The notes under the pieces are model-generated. The model worked only from the letters and a program-made list of their open reading frames with translations, did not search any database and was not told where the DNA came from. Of a stretch of 64,000 bases of DNA, positions 22,321-45,949 are shown in pieces; position 1 is the first letter of the stretch; every line of letters starts with the position of its first letter. Source of the DNA: Chrysomallon squamiferum (Eukaryota > Animalia > Mollusca); contig CM022666.1 in assembly GCA_012295275.1 (NCBI GenBank), forward strand, positions 4,278,001 through 4,342,000. Direction: 5' to 3'. A program made the position numbers and the translations under genes.

Positions 22321-25300
22321 TATTATCTTTCATTTTTGTCTATTATATTCTGTTCAGTTGTTCTCTTTATTATTTATTACGTTTAATAATCAATAATTTA
22401 GCTTCTCACCTTATAAATAAAATAAGGTAAATATTCATAATTAAAACTGAGAAAAAATGAAGAAGAAGAAGAAGAAAGAAATGAAAAATGAAGAAAAAAA
22501 ATGACAAAGAAGATAATAAAATAAAAGAACATAAAAAAGAAGAAGAATAAATTCATTACTTCGTATAAATTAATCACCTACAAAACTTTTTTTAAATTCT
22601 ATTTTATATATTTTTTTTAAATAAAATTTCCCGATATTACGAACTGTAAATAACCGACATTTGTATCCACAATTATATCAAGTTCACGTACAAGCAGATA
22701 CATACACAGACAAGTCTATCATCTAAACACCGAGAAGAAAAAACCCTACAGTAAATCAAAATAAAATAAAATGTATACTTATGTGAATATGGCGAGGTGA
22801 TGACAACTATTATAAATATCCCATTCACGTAACGGTATCCATATATATATTTATAACATAAAACCTAAAACACACCAATGATATTCCTAAAACCGGACAT
22901 CCTGTTAACAAAGATAAAACAATTTCTAGGAACGGTTATAAAATTCTTGAGGAAATTTTTTTACATGGTTTGTGTTTCGAAAGCAAACTTCATTCTTCAG
23001 GAAATATTTTTAATTTTTTAACTTTAGTTGTTTTTTGTTTTGTTTTTTGAGAAATTCTGTTATCGCTTTCGTTATTAGTATAATTATAATGTTCTGTATT
23101 ACTAATAGTGTTGTTGTTGTTGTTATTATTTGTATTATCACTCGTACGACTACTACTACTACTACTACTACAACAACTACTACTACTACTACTACTATTA
23201 CTACTACTAATACTACTAAAACAAATAATAATAATAATATTACTACCATCACAACTACTATTAGTGGCTATTACTGTTTCAGGTAATAACTAATACCACT
23301 ATTACCACTACAAATACTGCCACCATAATGGTAACTATTTTCTACGACTATTCTACTACTACTACTACTACTACTACCACAACTACTGTTTCAGTTGTTA
23401 GTATAATCTGTGATTATTGTCAGCCATGTTATTTTCATATAATATTTTTTGTTATATGTAGCAAATTTGTATTGTTTGTCTTGCAGTCTTGTATTTACCA
23501 TTCATTTGCGACTTAGAAATTTATATTTTAATACCTTCGGACATATTGAAAACCAACAGATATCAAGAGCCACCGACTCCAACTGGGCGTTCCCGAATGT
23601 TAAATTGATTGACAGATGATGACTAGCCTCATTTGCATAAAGCTATTAAGTTGACGCCGTTAGGTACAAGGGGTTAACAGTTGGAGTAATCGTTATTGCT
23701 CTTTGTATATTGACCTCAAAATCAATAAATCGATATGGCGGGTAAAATGTTAGCCTAAATTCTGTTTCGTTTTCGATGTGAAGATACCTTCTGAACTAAT
23801 GAAAATATAGGTGTTTAATTTGAGCTTACTTATATATATATATATATATAGACACGTACATACACATAGACACATGCACGCACACATGCACGCACACATG
23901 CACGCATACATAAACACATACATATATACCTGTATTTACTTAGTATGTATATAAGTATGTGTGTATGTATGTATGTACGTATGTATATACGTATGTATGC
24001 GTGTGTGTATGTGTGTGTGTATGTATGTATGTATGTAGGTATGTATGTGTGTATGTATGTGTGTATGTATGTATGTGTGTATGTAGGTATGTATGTGTGT
24101 ATGTATGTGTGTATGTATGTATGTGTGTATGTATGTATTGTATGTGTGTATGTATGTATATATTTACGTAGTATGTATGTATACCATATACGCATATATA
24201 TTTGTATATAAACATATATGTATATATGTAATTTAATGTACGTTATTATGCATACGCACGTTCGTATATATGTGTATATCTGCGTGTTTTTATTTACGTA
24301 AGTCTATAGATCGCCACGGAGACAAGCAGGTGAGCAGAAATGCAGGCAGATGGGTATAAATAGATTTATGGTGCAGCTGATTAACACGTTATTTTTATTT
24401 TTATTTTTATTTTTTTCAGTTCAGCTGCAAAATATAATCATTCAGCTTTGTTTCGTCAACGATATACCCCCCGTGTGTGCAATTACACCAGACTAAACAA
24501 TAAGAAACGCTTCAGTGAATTAGGAGACGAAAGTATAGTAACGCTGAGGATTAAAAAGGAACAAAAGACCAAATATAATGTGACAACAACTACAAAAAAG
24601 AAAAAGGTCCATAAAAAACATTCCAATTTAAATATGTCACAACGTTGCTGATAAGGAAAACTGACAGCTACAATTTATCCAGGGCAGAGATAGGGCACTG
24701 GTGAGTGACACAACCCAAAACAAAGAGATTAAAAAAATAATAATAATAATTTAAAAAAAATTAAAATAAACAATAATAATATGACTGACTGGACTGATTC
24801 TGCTAAACACCGCGCCATCTTCCAGGAAAAAAAACAAAAAAAACCCTTGGCACACATATTTGAAGATACACGTTATTTGAACTTGGAAACACGGTCAGCG
24901 AAGAACAATAATGACCAACAACGAGCATAAAATTAAAAAGGGGAAAACAAAATAAATAAAAGGTATGTTTATCACAAAATACCAGGACGGACGACGAAAC
25001 AAAGAGAGAGGTCAAAGGTCAAGGATGTCCCTGATCCAGGAAGTTCACCATGGCATGACTCAATGTCACAGTGGAGAGTACAAGATAAACGATGACAATC
25101 TCCAATCTTCTCGCGCGAAAGATAAAGGACCAGGATGAAGACAAAACAAGACAATGGACGGGTGGACTGTAAAAAGATGGCGAGTACAGAAAACGGAAAC
25201 ACCTCGAAGAGGACAGCGCATGACAGGAAGACGAAGAAACAGCATGCCGAGCATTTCGTCCAGTAACGATAAACCACGCACTTGTAGTTGCATAATATAT

Positions 25301-26090
25301 AACAACAACAGCAGCAACAACAACAATAACAACAACAGCAATAATAATAATGTATCTGTTTACATATTTATAGATAACTAACTACGCGTGTGTGTATTTA
25401 GGTAAAGACAATAATAATAATTCTATAATATCGACTAACACGGGCAAGTTATTTTTTTTTTTTAAAACAGATCTGGAGCGAATTGTTGATTCTGTCGCCG
25501 GATAGATGGAAACTTTAAAGAATTGTTATCTAAACGAACGAACGGAAGGATTTAATTTAGTGAACAGATGGAGGAATGTCGAGATGGAAAGATGGATGAA
25601 TGAAAAAAAAAAAAAAAAAAATAAAAATAAAAATAATAATAATAATAATAATAATAATAGTAATAATAATAATAATAATATAAATATAAATATAAATAAA
25701 TAAATAAGTGTGTACATATACGTGATTTGGGGTTACACAAAATACAAAATGTGTTTTCACAGTAAGACAGACATTATATAAACAATGCGTGTCTGTGTGT
25801 GCGTGTGTGCGTGTGGTCTTTTCACAGCCTCACGTGGCGATGTTGAAACAGCACGCGAGCACGCGGCAGAACGCAGACGACAACTGAGTTGACGTCTGCG
25901 TCTGACGTTCACCTCGGCGCATTGTCCAATCATGCACAGGTGTGACTTTATTTACCTATCAGTCTATTCGTCTGTTTATCTGTGTAACTATCTATGAGTC
26001 TATGTGTCTGTTTATCTATGAAACTATTTATCTATCTCTGCATCTATGTATGCACGTATATTTAATTACTGTTAACGTCATTAAGCAACA

Positions 26091-26185
26091 GTCTGTACAC
26101 GTCATAATGTGTGTACACGTCATAATGTCTCTACACGTCATAATGTCTCTACACGTCATAAGGTCTGCACACTAGTCATAATGTC
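26091..26185. repeat. 18-bp tandem repeat (GTCTSTACACGTCATAAT), about 5 copies
   Basis: Directly visible; most units carry CACGTCAT. Confidence 0.8.
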
Positions 26186-26535
26186 TGTTTCTGTCCATGT
26201 ATCCGTCTCTTTATCTGTCTATATATCTGTCTGTCTGCCTATACCTATTGCTCTGTCTATACATTATTCAACCTATCTGTCTATCTATCTGTCTTTCGTT
26301 GTTTTTTTTCTCTCGCTTGTTCTAACTAAGGCATGCTTTACGTACCTGGTAATTTTCCATTCTTGTTTTCTCTTGTCCTGGAATAAAAAAATAAAAAATA
26401 AATAAATAAACAAACAAACAAATAAACAAACAAACAAACAAATAAATAAATAAATAAATACATTAAAAACAAATAATAAATAAATAAACACAGAAAAATT
26501 ATAACGACAGATTTTGCGAACTGTCATGATTTTGT

Positions 26536-26584
<49 letters not shown>

Positions 26585-26904
26585 CATTTATGTATTTTAG
26601 GATTTTGAATATTCTCTGTCTTATGTACGTCTGAATAGACTCTGCACACAGACAATATTCGGGAACGCACTGGCGCAGGAGGACAAAGTCCAATCACAAC
26701 CTCACAAACATGTCAGATGCCGCTGACGAGATTCGAACGTATGACACCCATTCGCCCGCATTATCGTTCGGCCTACAAGAATGTGTACGTGGGTAAATAT
26801 ATGTCTGTAAGTATTGTGTACCCTGTTACCTACCCTATTTCTATACAAAGCATAATAATCGTCTGCAAGCTTGCAAGTTATCTGTGTTATATTTATAGCT
26901 ACAC

Positions 26905-27849
26905 CGGTCTTTCCATAATTTGTAAAATGTGATGGAAAATCCGTTTCGGTTTTGAAATCATTGTGGTATAATGTTACATATTTAAAACGCTGAAAGCAAT
27001 ATATCATAAAACTCAGGATATAATAATAAATTTCTCTCTCTGTGCGTGATGCGTGTGCGTGTTTGTGTTCGTGTTTGTAGGTATATTAGTTAGTGTTTGG
27101 GTGTATTTGTGTGTTGAATGTATGTATTTTATATGCGTGTGTTTGTATGTATGTATGGGTTTAACAAAAATAAAAAAATAATTGCTTAGATTTTTTTATT
27201 TAGTTTTTATTTCGGTGTGTATGTGAATGTCTGAGTGCACGTGTGCGTGTATATATGTATGTATATAAATATGTGTGTGTGTGTGTGTGTGTTCATTTGT
27301 GTTTAATAAAATGAAAAACTTCTAAAATAATTGATTCTATTTTTGGTTCAGTTTTTTGTTTATGAGTGCATGTGTCTGTATGTACGTATGTGTTTAACAA
27401 AAAGAGCAAATAATTGCTTACATTCTTTTGATTTAGTTTTTATTTATGTGCGTGCGTGCGTGCGTGTTTTATCTAATAAGTTTAATTAGTTAAATTTAAT
27501 AAGTTAATTTGTTCATCCCATCATGTTAGGAAAAAAAAAAGAAAATTAAAATTTAAAATCTGTCTTGATAATATATATATATATTTTTCTCTCTACTTCA
27601 AACAAATATCCTTTTAATAAATAAATAATATTCACAAAAGTATTAAAATATATTTCAAACGTAAATCAAAGCATTTTCATTAACTTCATATTAAACACAC
27701 AACATAAAACAAAACTTACTTGTACCTTCATTCAGGCCACAGGTGAAGATGGGATTCCGTGGGTTTATCAAACCCTCCTCTCCAAATTTCCCCCAGTTCT
27801 ATTTTTAGTTTCAACTCCTACGCATAACTGTTTTGAAAATTCCTTTCTT

Positions 27850-27897
<48 letters not shown>

Positions 27898-28262
27898 AAA
27901 TCAAATATGAATCTCTTCCAGAGGCGTTTGAAAAGTATCAGTAATAATTTATAACCCAGTATTAATAATAATAATAATAATAATAATAGCGATTTGGGTT
28001 TTCCAGAACGTATGACGTAAATGGAAAACCCGTTTTTCGGTTCTGGAAACATTTGACCCTTTGCCTCAGAGGTCAAAGTGCTGACGTCATTAAATGATGG
28101 GTACGTGGTTCAATCCTGTCTTGTGCGCTCGTGAAATTTATTTATTTTTATTTTGTTCTGTTTGTTTGTTTATTTGGGTGTTTTTATTAATTTTTACTCT
28201 TTTTTTCCCCCCTTCAAATGATAACGTAAATGTTTTCCTGTTTATGAAACGAGCCAACACAC

Positions 28263-28293
<31 letters not shown>

Positions 28294-29260
28294 AAAGTAA
28301 TGGTAATAGTAACAGCAAAAGAAGCAGTAATAGTAGTAGTAGTAGCAGCAGCAGCAGTGGTTTTAACAATAGCAGCAGTAGTAGTAGTAACAGTAGCAAT
28401 AGTATTAATAATAATAATGAAACACATTTAGCACAAAACAACCATTCAAATTCCATGTATTAAGATTAGTTACTCCTGTATTTATATATTAAGAAAAAAA
28501 GATTTTATAAATAATCGTTAAACTGAAAATTATTTTGCTTAGTCTTACCTTATGTCCTACACCAGCCCTTCTTTTAGTCGCGTCACAGAAACTAAACTTC
28601 AGACAGTACCGTTGCCTAGCAACCCCGATTGCGTGTTTTACATTAATACTTTGTTGGGATTTTCCCAATCGAATGACACAAAAGGAAAATCCCGTTTTGA
28701 TACAAAAAATATTATTTTTAATTGGGGAATAAATTTCAGCTTAATACTATTTTGAAATATTTTATCAGGCAACAAAATCTGTTACAAAAATGTTTAGAAA
28801 AAGATAACTATATGCTATGACTCTGGCATCCCAGGTTGGAACGGGCGATAACAACGTAGAAGATTGATCATATGAATGATGGATAGATAATATTTTTTAA
28901 ATTATTATTATTATTATAAATATATTAATTATTATTATTATTATTTTCCTCATATGCATTACTCTTAAGAATATAATATAACTTACCGTACAAGGAAATA
29001 ATATCCTTTTTAAAAATGTTCCTCCTTCCCTAAATAATATTTACAGTATGTACCTCTACTTGAAAGGGAAGTCCCGCAAATAATGTAATTTCATTGGACG
29101 AAAAAAGGGACTTCCACAAATACCGTAAAAGGAAGTAATAGATCTATTTATAGACATGGGAGATTTTCTTCTCTTATTTATAAAACTGACTGGTTTGGAA
29201 ATTCCGTTTCGGTTATTAAAATGTCACTGACAGTTTCATTAATTTAGTGTGGAAATTTCG
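26905..29260. promoter_or_regulatory. Dense NF-kB/IRF/CRE motif cluster with a minus-strand TATA box and splice donor
   Basis: kB-type sites at 26905, 26934, 27996, 28023, 28656, 28684, 29066, 29107 and 29196; CRE at 28082; TATAAAT at about 27952-27946; CAA|GTAAGT donor at 27720/27719. Confidence 0.55.
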
Positions 29261-29694
29261 AAGGATAAGACGTAAGTTAAATTATAAAAAATCTGGGTAA
29301 GTCGAATTTTGATTTTGTTCCGTTTTAGTTTTTTTTTTTCTTTTAATTATTATTATTAAAAAAATGTTCATTTTGGGATCAGTCATAAATATATATTTAA
29401 AAAAAAAAAAAAAAAAAAAAAAATAAAAAATTAAAATATATCCGATGGATATTTTTTTACAATAATATTTTCCTTTGACATAACAAAACAAATTTCAGAA
29501 AATTTACTTTAGATTTGCTAAATTTATTTATTTATTTATTTATTTATTTATTTTGTGGTCGTTGTAGCAGTACTAGTAGTAGTAAAAGCAGCAACAGCTG
29601 TAGCAGTAGTAGTATTGTTGTTATGGTTATTATTATTGCTTTTATTACTGTTTATTATTTAATTATTAATTATTATTATTATTATTATTATTAT

Positions 29695-29763
<69 letters not shown>

Positions 29764-30307
29764 CAGTAGTAGTAGAAGTAATAGTAGTAACAGTAATATT
29801 GTTGTTATGGTATTATTTATTAGTATTATTACTATTTTATTACTGTTGTTGTCATTGATTTTGTATTGTTATTATTATTATTATTATTATTTGCTATTGC
29901 TTTTGTTGTTGTTGTTGTATTTTTTTATTTATTCCTTTGTCCTTTTATCAGTTTTAACTATCAAGACATATATAATCCTTCTACTTTTCTTAGCACAGAC
30001 AAAAAAGAGAAGAAATATATATATATATATATAATTATTTGACTGAATCTATTACTGAATTAAATTTATGAGCGAAATAATTAAATTTTATAAATTATAA
30101 AATTGTTATACTTACATTGTTCTAGTAATGAGTGTAAGACTGATGACGTAAATCATTTATGACGTAATAATGCGACATTTGACCTCGATGATTTGGCGAT
30201 AAAAAGAAAATGTGAAAGTGTTTTCTGAAATTACTGTAGATTATTATTGATGTTGTTGTTGTTTTTTGTTGAGGCTGCTGTTATAGTTGTAGTTTATACA
30301 ACAGCCA

Positions 30308-30346
<39 letters not shown>

Positions 30347-30706
30347 AACGTGTTGCTTTATTATTATTGTTGCTATTATTCTTGTAATTATTATAATTAT
30401 AATCGTTTTCTTCATTATTTCAATCTGATTTTGTTGTTGCGGTCACACACGCACGCAAACATACACACACACACACAGACACACACACACACAGATTTCT
30501 TTAATACTTAGCTAACTGAACTGCGCTTACATTTAATAAATATTTAAGCAGCGTTAACACTTCGATATATTCGCCGAGCGCATGCGCAGTGTTACAATGC
30601 TGCAACTGACATTTCAACTATTTACTTACAACACGTAATCGTTGTTATCACCAATGGTGACACTGAAAACAGACTTAGAAGAGAAACGTTCATACACTAG
30701 ATATAA

Positions 30707-30764
<58 letters not shown>

Positions 30765-31330
30765 TATATATTTTTTTTATAAATGCACGGGGCTTATGTA
30801 TCATACATACATACATACACACATATGTATACACACATACACACAAACATTTAAAACCTAAACAAATACAGATACATATATAGATATAGATACACGTATG
30901 TAGATAAAGACGGATAGATCCAAACAGTAAAATATACAGGCTACTGTTTGACAAGTCTTGGTCTACGTGCAAAATGCTAGCCACAGATAAACGTTAATGT
31001 TCAAAGTCAGTGGAGTAGATAAAATAATACCTACTGTTACACTATACACTGCAACAAAATACAGGCCACAGTTATAGGATATATATCGTTTAGGATATAT
31101 ATATGTCTGTGTGTGTGTGTGTGTGTGTGTGTCTTTCTCTGTGGATATTTGTTTTGTTTGTTTGTCTGTCTCTCAGTCTCTTTATATCTGTTGTTAACAG
31201 TATATAGATAAATAGATAGACAGATAGATAGAGATAGATAGAAAGAGAGATAGATAGATAAAGATTAATGGATGGATAGATGGATGAATGAGCATATAAA
31301 ATACGAGATATACAGATACTCACACATACA

Positions 31331-31433
<103 letters not shown>

Positions 31434-31631
31434 GTGTGCTTGAAGATAGACAAATGAACAAACTGATAGGCAGTCAGACAGAAAGATATGAAAGCACCTG
31501 AATGAAAAGCAGTGTACGATGTACGTGTGTGTGCATGTGCATGTTATTATATATGCAGATGAATTATTCTATATTAATCTGATCAATACGGATAATAAAC
31601 AAATAAATATTTAGCCGGAGTGGTTATAATA

Positions 31632-31668
<37 letters not shown>

Positions 31669-32290
31669 CATCTACTTGATAAGATATATATGTATATATG
31701 TATGTATATTATCAAGTAGGTGACAATGACTTCTGTGTTACTGCATCGTCTGAGTACTAGGCCACCTAAAAGCACTCGGATTCAAATTTGGGTCATTGCC
31801 AATGTGGATCACGCGCGCAGCGCGATTTCCACGAAAAGTCTCGCACTGATTCGCGCCAAGCCGATCGGAATTCCACGAACTTTAACGAACGTGGCCTGAA
31901 CACGGTTTCCGAGAAATTAATTAACGGCGACTTCGCTTCTGAAATCAGACAGAAGGCTACTTACTGCATGGTTACGTGACTTGGCAGAATGTGAGAGAGA
32001 ACCGCAACAAAGCAAAGGGGTCAAACTGCTGCAGTTGAATTACGAAATAGATAGAGGATTAATAATACGTGTCAGTAACCTGTCTGTGGTTGTTGTGCCA
32101 GTAAACGTGAGAGGCTCATGGTGGTTTGGGGTAGTGTTATTGTGACGTGACTGTCAGAATTATCAATGTTATCTCCCAGGTTAATGGCTGTCGTTGTTAT
32201 CGTTTTTTTTTTAGTTTGTTGTTGTTGTTGTTATGAGGTCACGTGATGTAAACAGACGTTGTTGCTGTTTTGAATAGGAACAAAACATTA

Positions 32291-32381
<91 letters not shown>

Positions 32382-32782
32382 GCATATATATAACTAAATA
32401 AATTCATAGCTTTCAGCGATGGTTATTATTTGGTTGTTGTATTTCCCCGATTATTATCTCTATATTTGTCTCTCTTCTTTCATTATTTCTCTCTTCCTTC
32501 TTTCTTTTTTTCATCTCTCATTCACCTCGCTTTGAAAACAATCAATATTAAAATTAATAATACTTTAATACAATACAAAAAAAATGTGAGAGATTAAAAA
32601 ACAACAACATATTTTAAAATTAAAATGTACATATTTACAATTTTTTTTTTTTTTTTTCTTTAATAGTCTATAGATATATTTAATCTGATATTTGCCAGTA
32701 AGATTACCTGTGTCAAACAAAACTTCACACACATATACGTAAATCACAGAAATATAATATGTACTGATAAACGAGTTGCTAC

Positions 32783-33317
32783 AGGGGCGGGTTCAGGATT
32801 TTGTTATAGTGGGGGGGTGGGGTTGGAGGTCGAAGTTTAGAAGTAAGAACAATTTTGAAAACCTGTTATTAGAAAACGTTGACGTTATATACGAATTGTG
32901 ATGAATTGTGTGAGAATAAACATATAAATACAACTTTATTCTTATTTTATTTTATTTTATATACTTAATTTTAATTTTATTTTATTTTATTTTTACTTTT
33001 ATTTTTATATTATTTATTAAAATATTTAAAAAATATATATATAATAAATAATATAAAAATAATATTTAATATATATATATAAATTTGTTTAAAAAAAAAT
33101 ATATATATTTTAATATTTTAATAAATAATATAAAAAACAAAAAATAAAAAGTAAAATAAAATAAAATAAAATAAAATAACTTAAAATAAAACATATATAT
33201 ACAATTCTTCTGCTGCCCTATTCAGCACAAAAAAAAAAAAAAATAAACAAATAAATAAATAAATAAATAAATAAAACATATATATATCTCCCCACCTTTT
33301 TTTTGGATCCGTCCCTT
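32783..33317. mobile_element. Possible decayed MITE containing an AT-rich palindrome
   Basis: Imperfect terminal inverted repeats AGGGGCGGGTTCA and TGGATCCGTCCCT. Confidence 0.35.
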
Positions 33318-33724
33318 AAGGATATTTTTTTTCTCTAAGCTTAGTATTTTATTTATACAGTATTTGGTAAGAAGAGCACATTACTTTAAAAAGTTTGGAA
33401 CGGGATAAACACAGATTCGCTAAGAATATATTTATATACACAAAAATATTTACAGCATATTTATATACAATATGTACATTAAAATATAAAATATATTTTG
33501 ATTTCTGTGTCTGTATATCTGTATGTGGGTGAGTATGTATGTATGTATGTGTGTGTGTATGTATGTATGTATGTATGTATGTATGTATGCACTTGTGTGT
33601 GTATGTGTGTGTATGTGTGTGTGTGTAATTTGTACAATCTTTTTTTCTGTTATGGAGAAAAGAAATTTTTTTTGTTGAATCGAGGTATTTAATGTAGAAA
33701 CCATACAGAATCAATAGCAGTTAA

Positions 33725-34080
33725 TTTATTATACAATCGAATTTCTGAAGCTGTACTGTTTAGTGAACTGTTTATAGTCGAATTTTGAAGTGTACTGTTT
33801 ATAGAAGAATTCTAAAATGTAATATTTTTACAGAATTTTTATGGAAGAAATTCTAAAGTGTTGTTTTTACTAAAAGATTTTATAAAATTCTGCATTGTCT
33901 GTAGGAGAATTGTAAAGTTTAATTTTTATAGAAGAATTCTAAAACGTACTGTTTGTAGGAGAATTCTAAAGTACAATTTTTATAGAATAATTCTAAAGTG
34001 TTGTTTTTAATAAAAGAATTCTAAAGTGTAATTTTTATGGAAGAATTCTGAAGTGAGCTTTTGTACAGGCAAAAATTCTA
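33725..34080. repeat. Degenerate 27-28-bp tandem repeat (AGAAGAATTCTAAAGTGTAATTTTTAT) in the predicted 3' UTR of last exon B
   Basis: Repeated GAATTCTAAAG units. Confidence 0.8.
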
Positions 34081-34144
34081 CTTAGTTCGTGAAATCGACT
34101 CATTAAGGGCACATTAAAGAAATGGATTGTTCATGTTGTTTCTA

Positions 34145-44840
<10,696 letters not shown>

Positions 44841-45019
44841 TTTCTGTTTCGAAAGTTAATTCATTAGTTTTTGTGGGTTTTTAATACAAAAAATTTAAAT
44901 TATTTCAAAAGCACTAGTTGTTTTTTTTGACAATCTACTTTTGGTCTACTACGAGCACGTCTGAACGTCTGACGAAGAAGTTACTACAATGCTACGATCG
45001 TATGTTTACATATCAAAAC

Positions 45020-45170
45020 CGCAGCTGTTTCTCAAGAAAAGACATTTCCCCGGGAAAATATTCCGTAAAAGGTTAATAGGCGGGGTATTTTATTCATAAT
45101 GTCCACGCCTCCTGTACTAATCAGTTCGTTCTTGACCCTCTTTTTTTTTCACTTCCTAGAATGGGTGCAT
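45020..45170 (-). promoter_or_regulatory. Promoter region of the EDA-like gene
   Basis: TTCTCAAGAA at 45029-45038, kB-like ACATTTCCCCGGGAAAAT at about 45042-45059, GC boxes at about 45079 and 45103, GAS TTCCTAGAA at 45153-45161; 190-320 nt upstream of the ATG. Confidence 0.45.
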
Positions 45171-45816
45171 TACAACGGAAATAAATCATGCACGAAAACA
45201 GCTGAAACTGAGAATCAGTCAAAACGACTGCTGACTTCATCGTCATTTCCAGACGATTTGATGTTTCCGTGGGTATAGTAACCCATGTATTAAAGTACTA
45301 TGCTTCGTTGGTCCGTTTGTGTCGTTTTCTTTCAATGTTTACTTTGACCTATTTTCACTCGGTTTATAAAGTCAATAAAAGTGCACAACATGTAACTCTA
45401 ATTATGGTGACGTGGTTTCTCGGTAAAAAAAGTTTAAAAAAAAAAAAAAAGATACTTTTACCCGCTTTCTGCATTGTCATAGTGAGAAAAACCACACACA
45501 CACACACACACTCATTTTTAAGACGTATATGTTTTGAACTTTCTTGTGTTTTTATTATTATTAGCATGCATCAGTCGTTTTCTAATTAATTTAACAACAA
45601 AAATGGGATTAAAATATTACCTTATAACAAACTATTGTGATTTTTAAACTACATCATTACGGAAAGTTATTAGATGTATAATTACATGCATTATAAAGAA
45701 AAATATATAAATATTTATTTTTAGCTATGGGAGTAAATGTTACTCATAGACTTTCGTTCTTGTATAAAAGTTTTAAAAAAAAACCCGAGTTTAATTGTTA
45801 GTGAGAAAGATAAATG

Positions 45817-45949
45817 CTGATTTTGAATTGAAACTAACCCTACAAAAGTAAGGTTTAAAAAAATAAGTCTATAAACTCATTGAGTTGTCCCACTCCACGG
45901 AAATCTTTAGTAAAAGGCGAAAGATTTATTCTGTGAAGTGAGACCAGAG
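45817..45949 (+). mobile_element. Dispersed repeat fragment, 133 bp (inverted copy at 56399-56531)
   Basis: Near-identical to the reverse complement of 56399-56531, apart from scattered substitutions. Confidence 0.75.

Noticed and set aside
26700-26790. tRNA B-box-like GTTCGAATC (minus) and hammerhead-like CTGACGA...GAA (plus)
   Set aside because: No cloverleaf or T-stem pairing, and the hammerhead core lacks GAAA. At most a decayed SINE head.
27805-27830. Partial resemblance to conserved miRNAs (miR-242/miR-1175-like words; a miR-125-like word at about 18675)
   Set aside because: Only short partial matches and no precursor hairpin.
30890-31030. Minus-strand YYFIYS...LLFGSIRL resembling TNF strands, a possible third last exon
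   Set aside because: In-frame stop, motif spacing far too short, and no phase-compatible open exon; probably chance.
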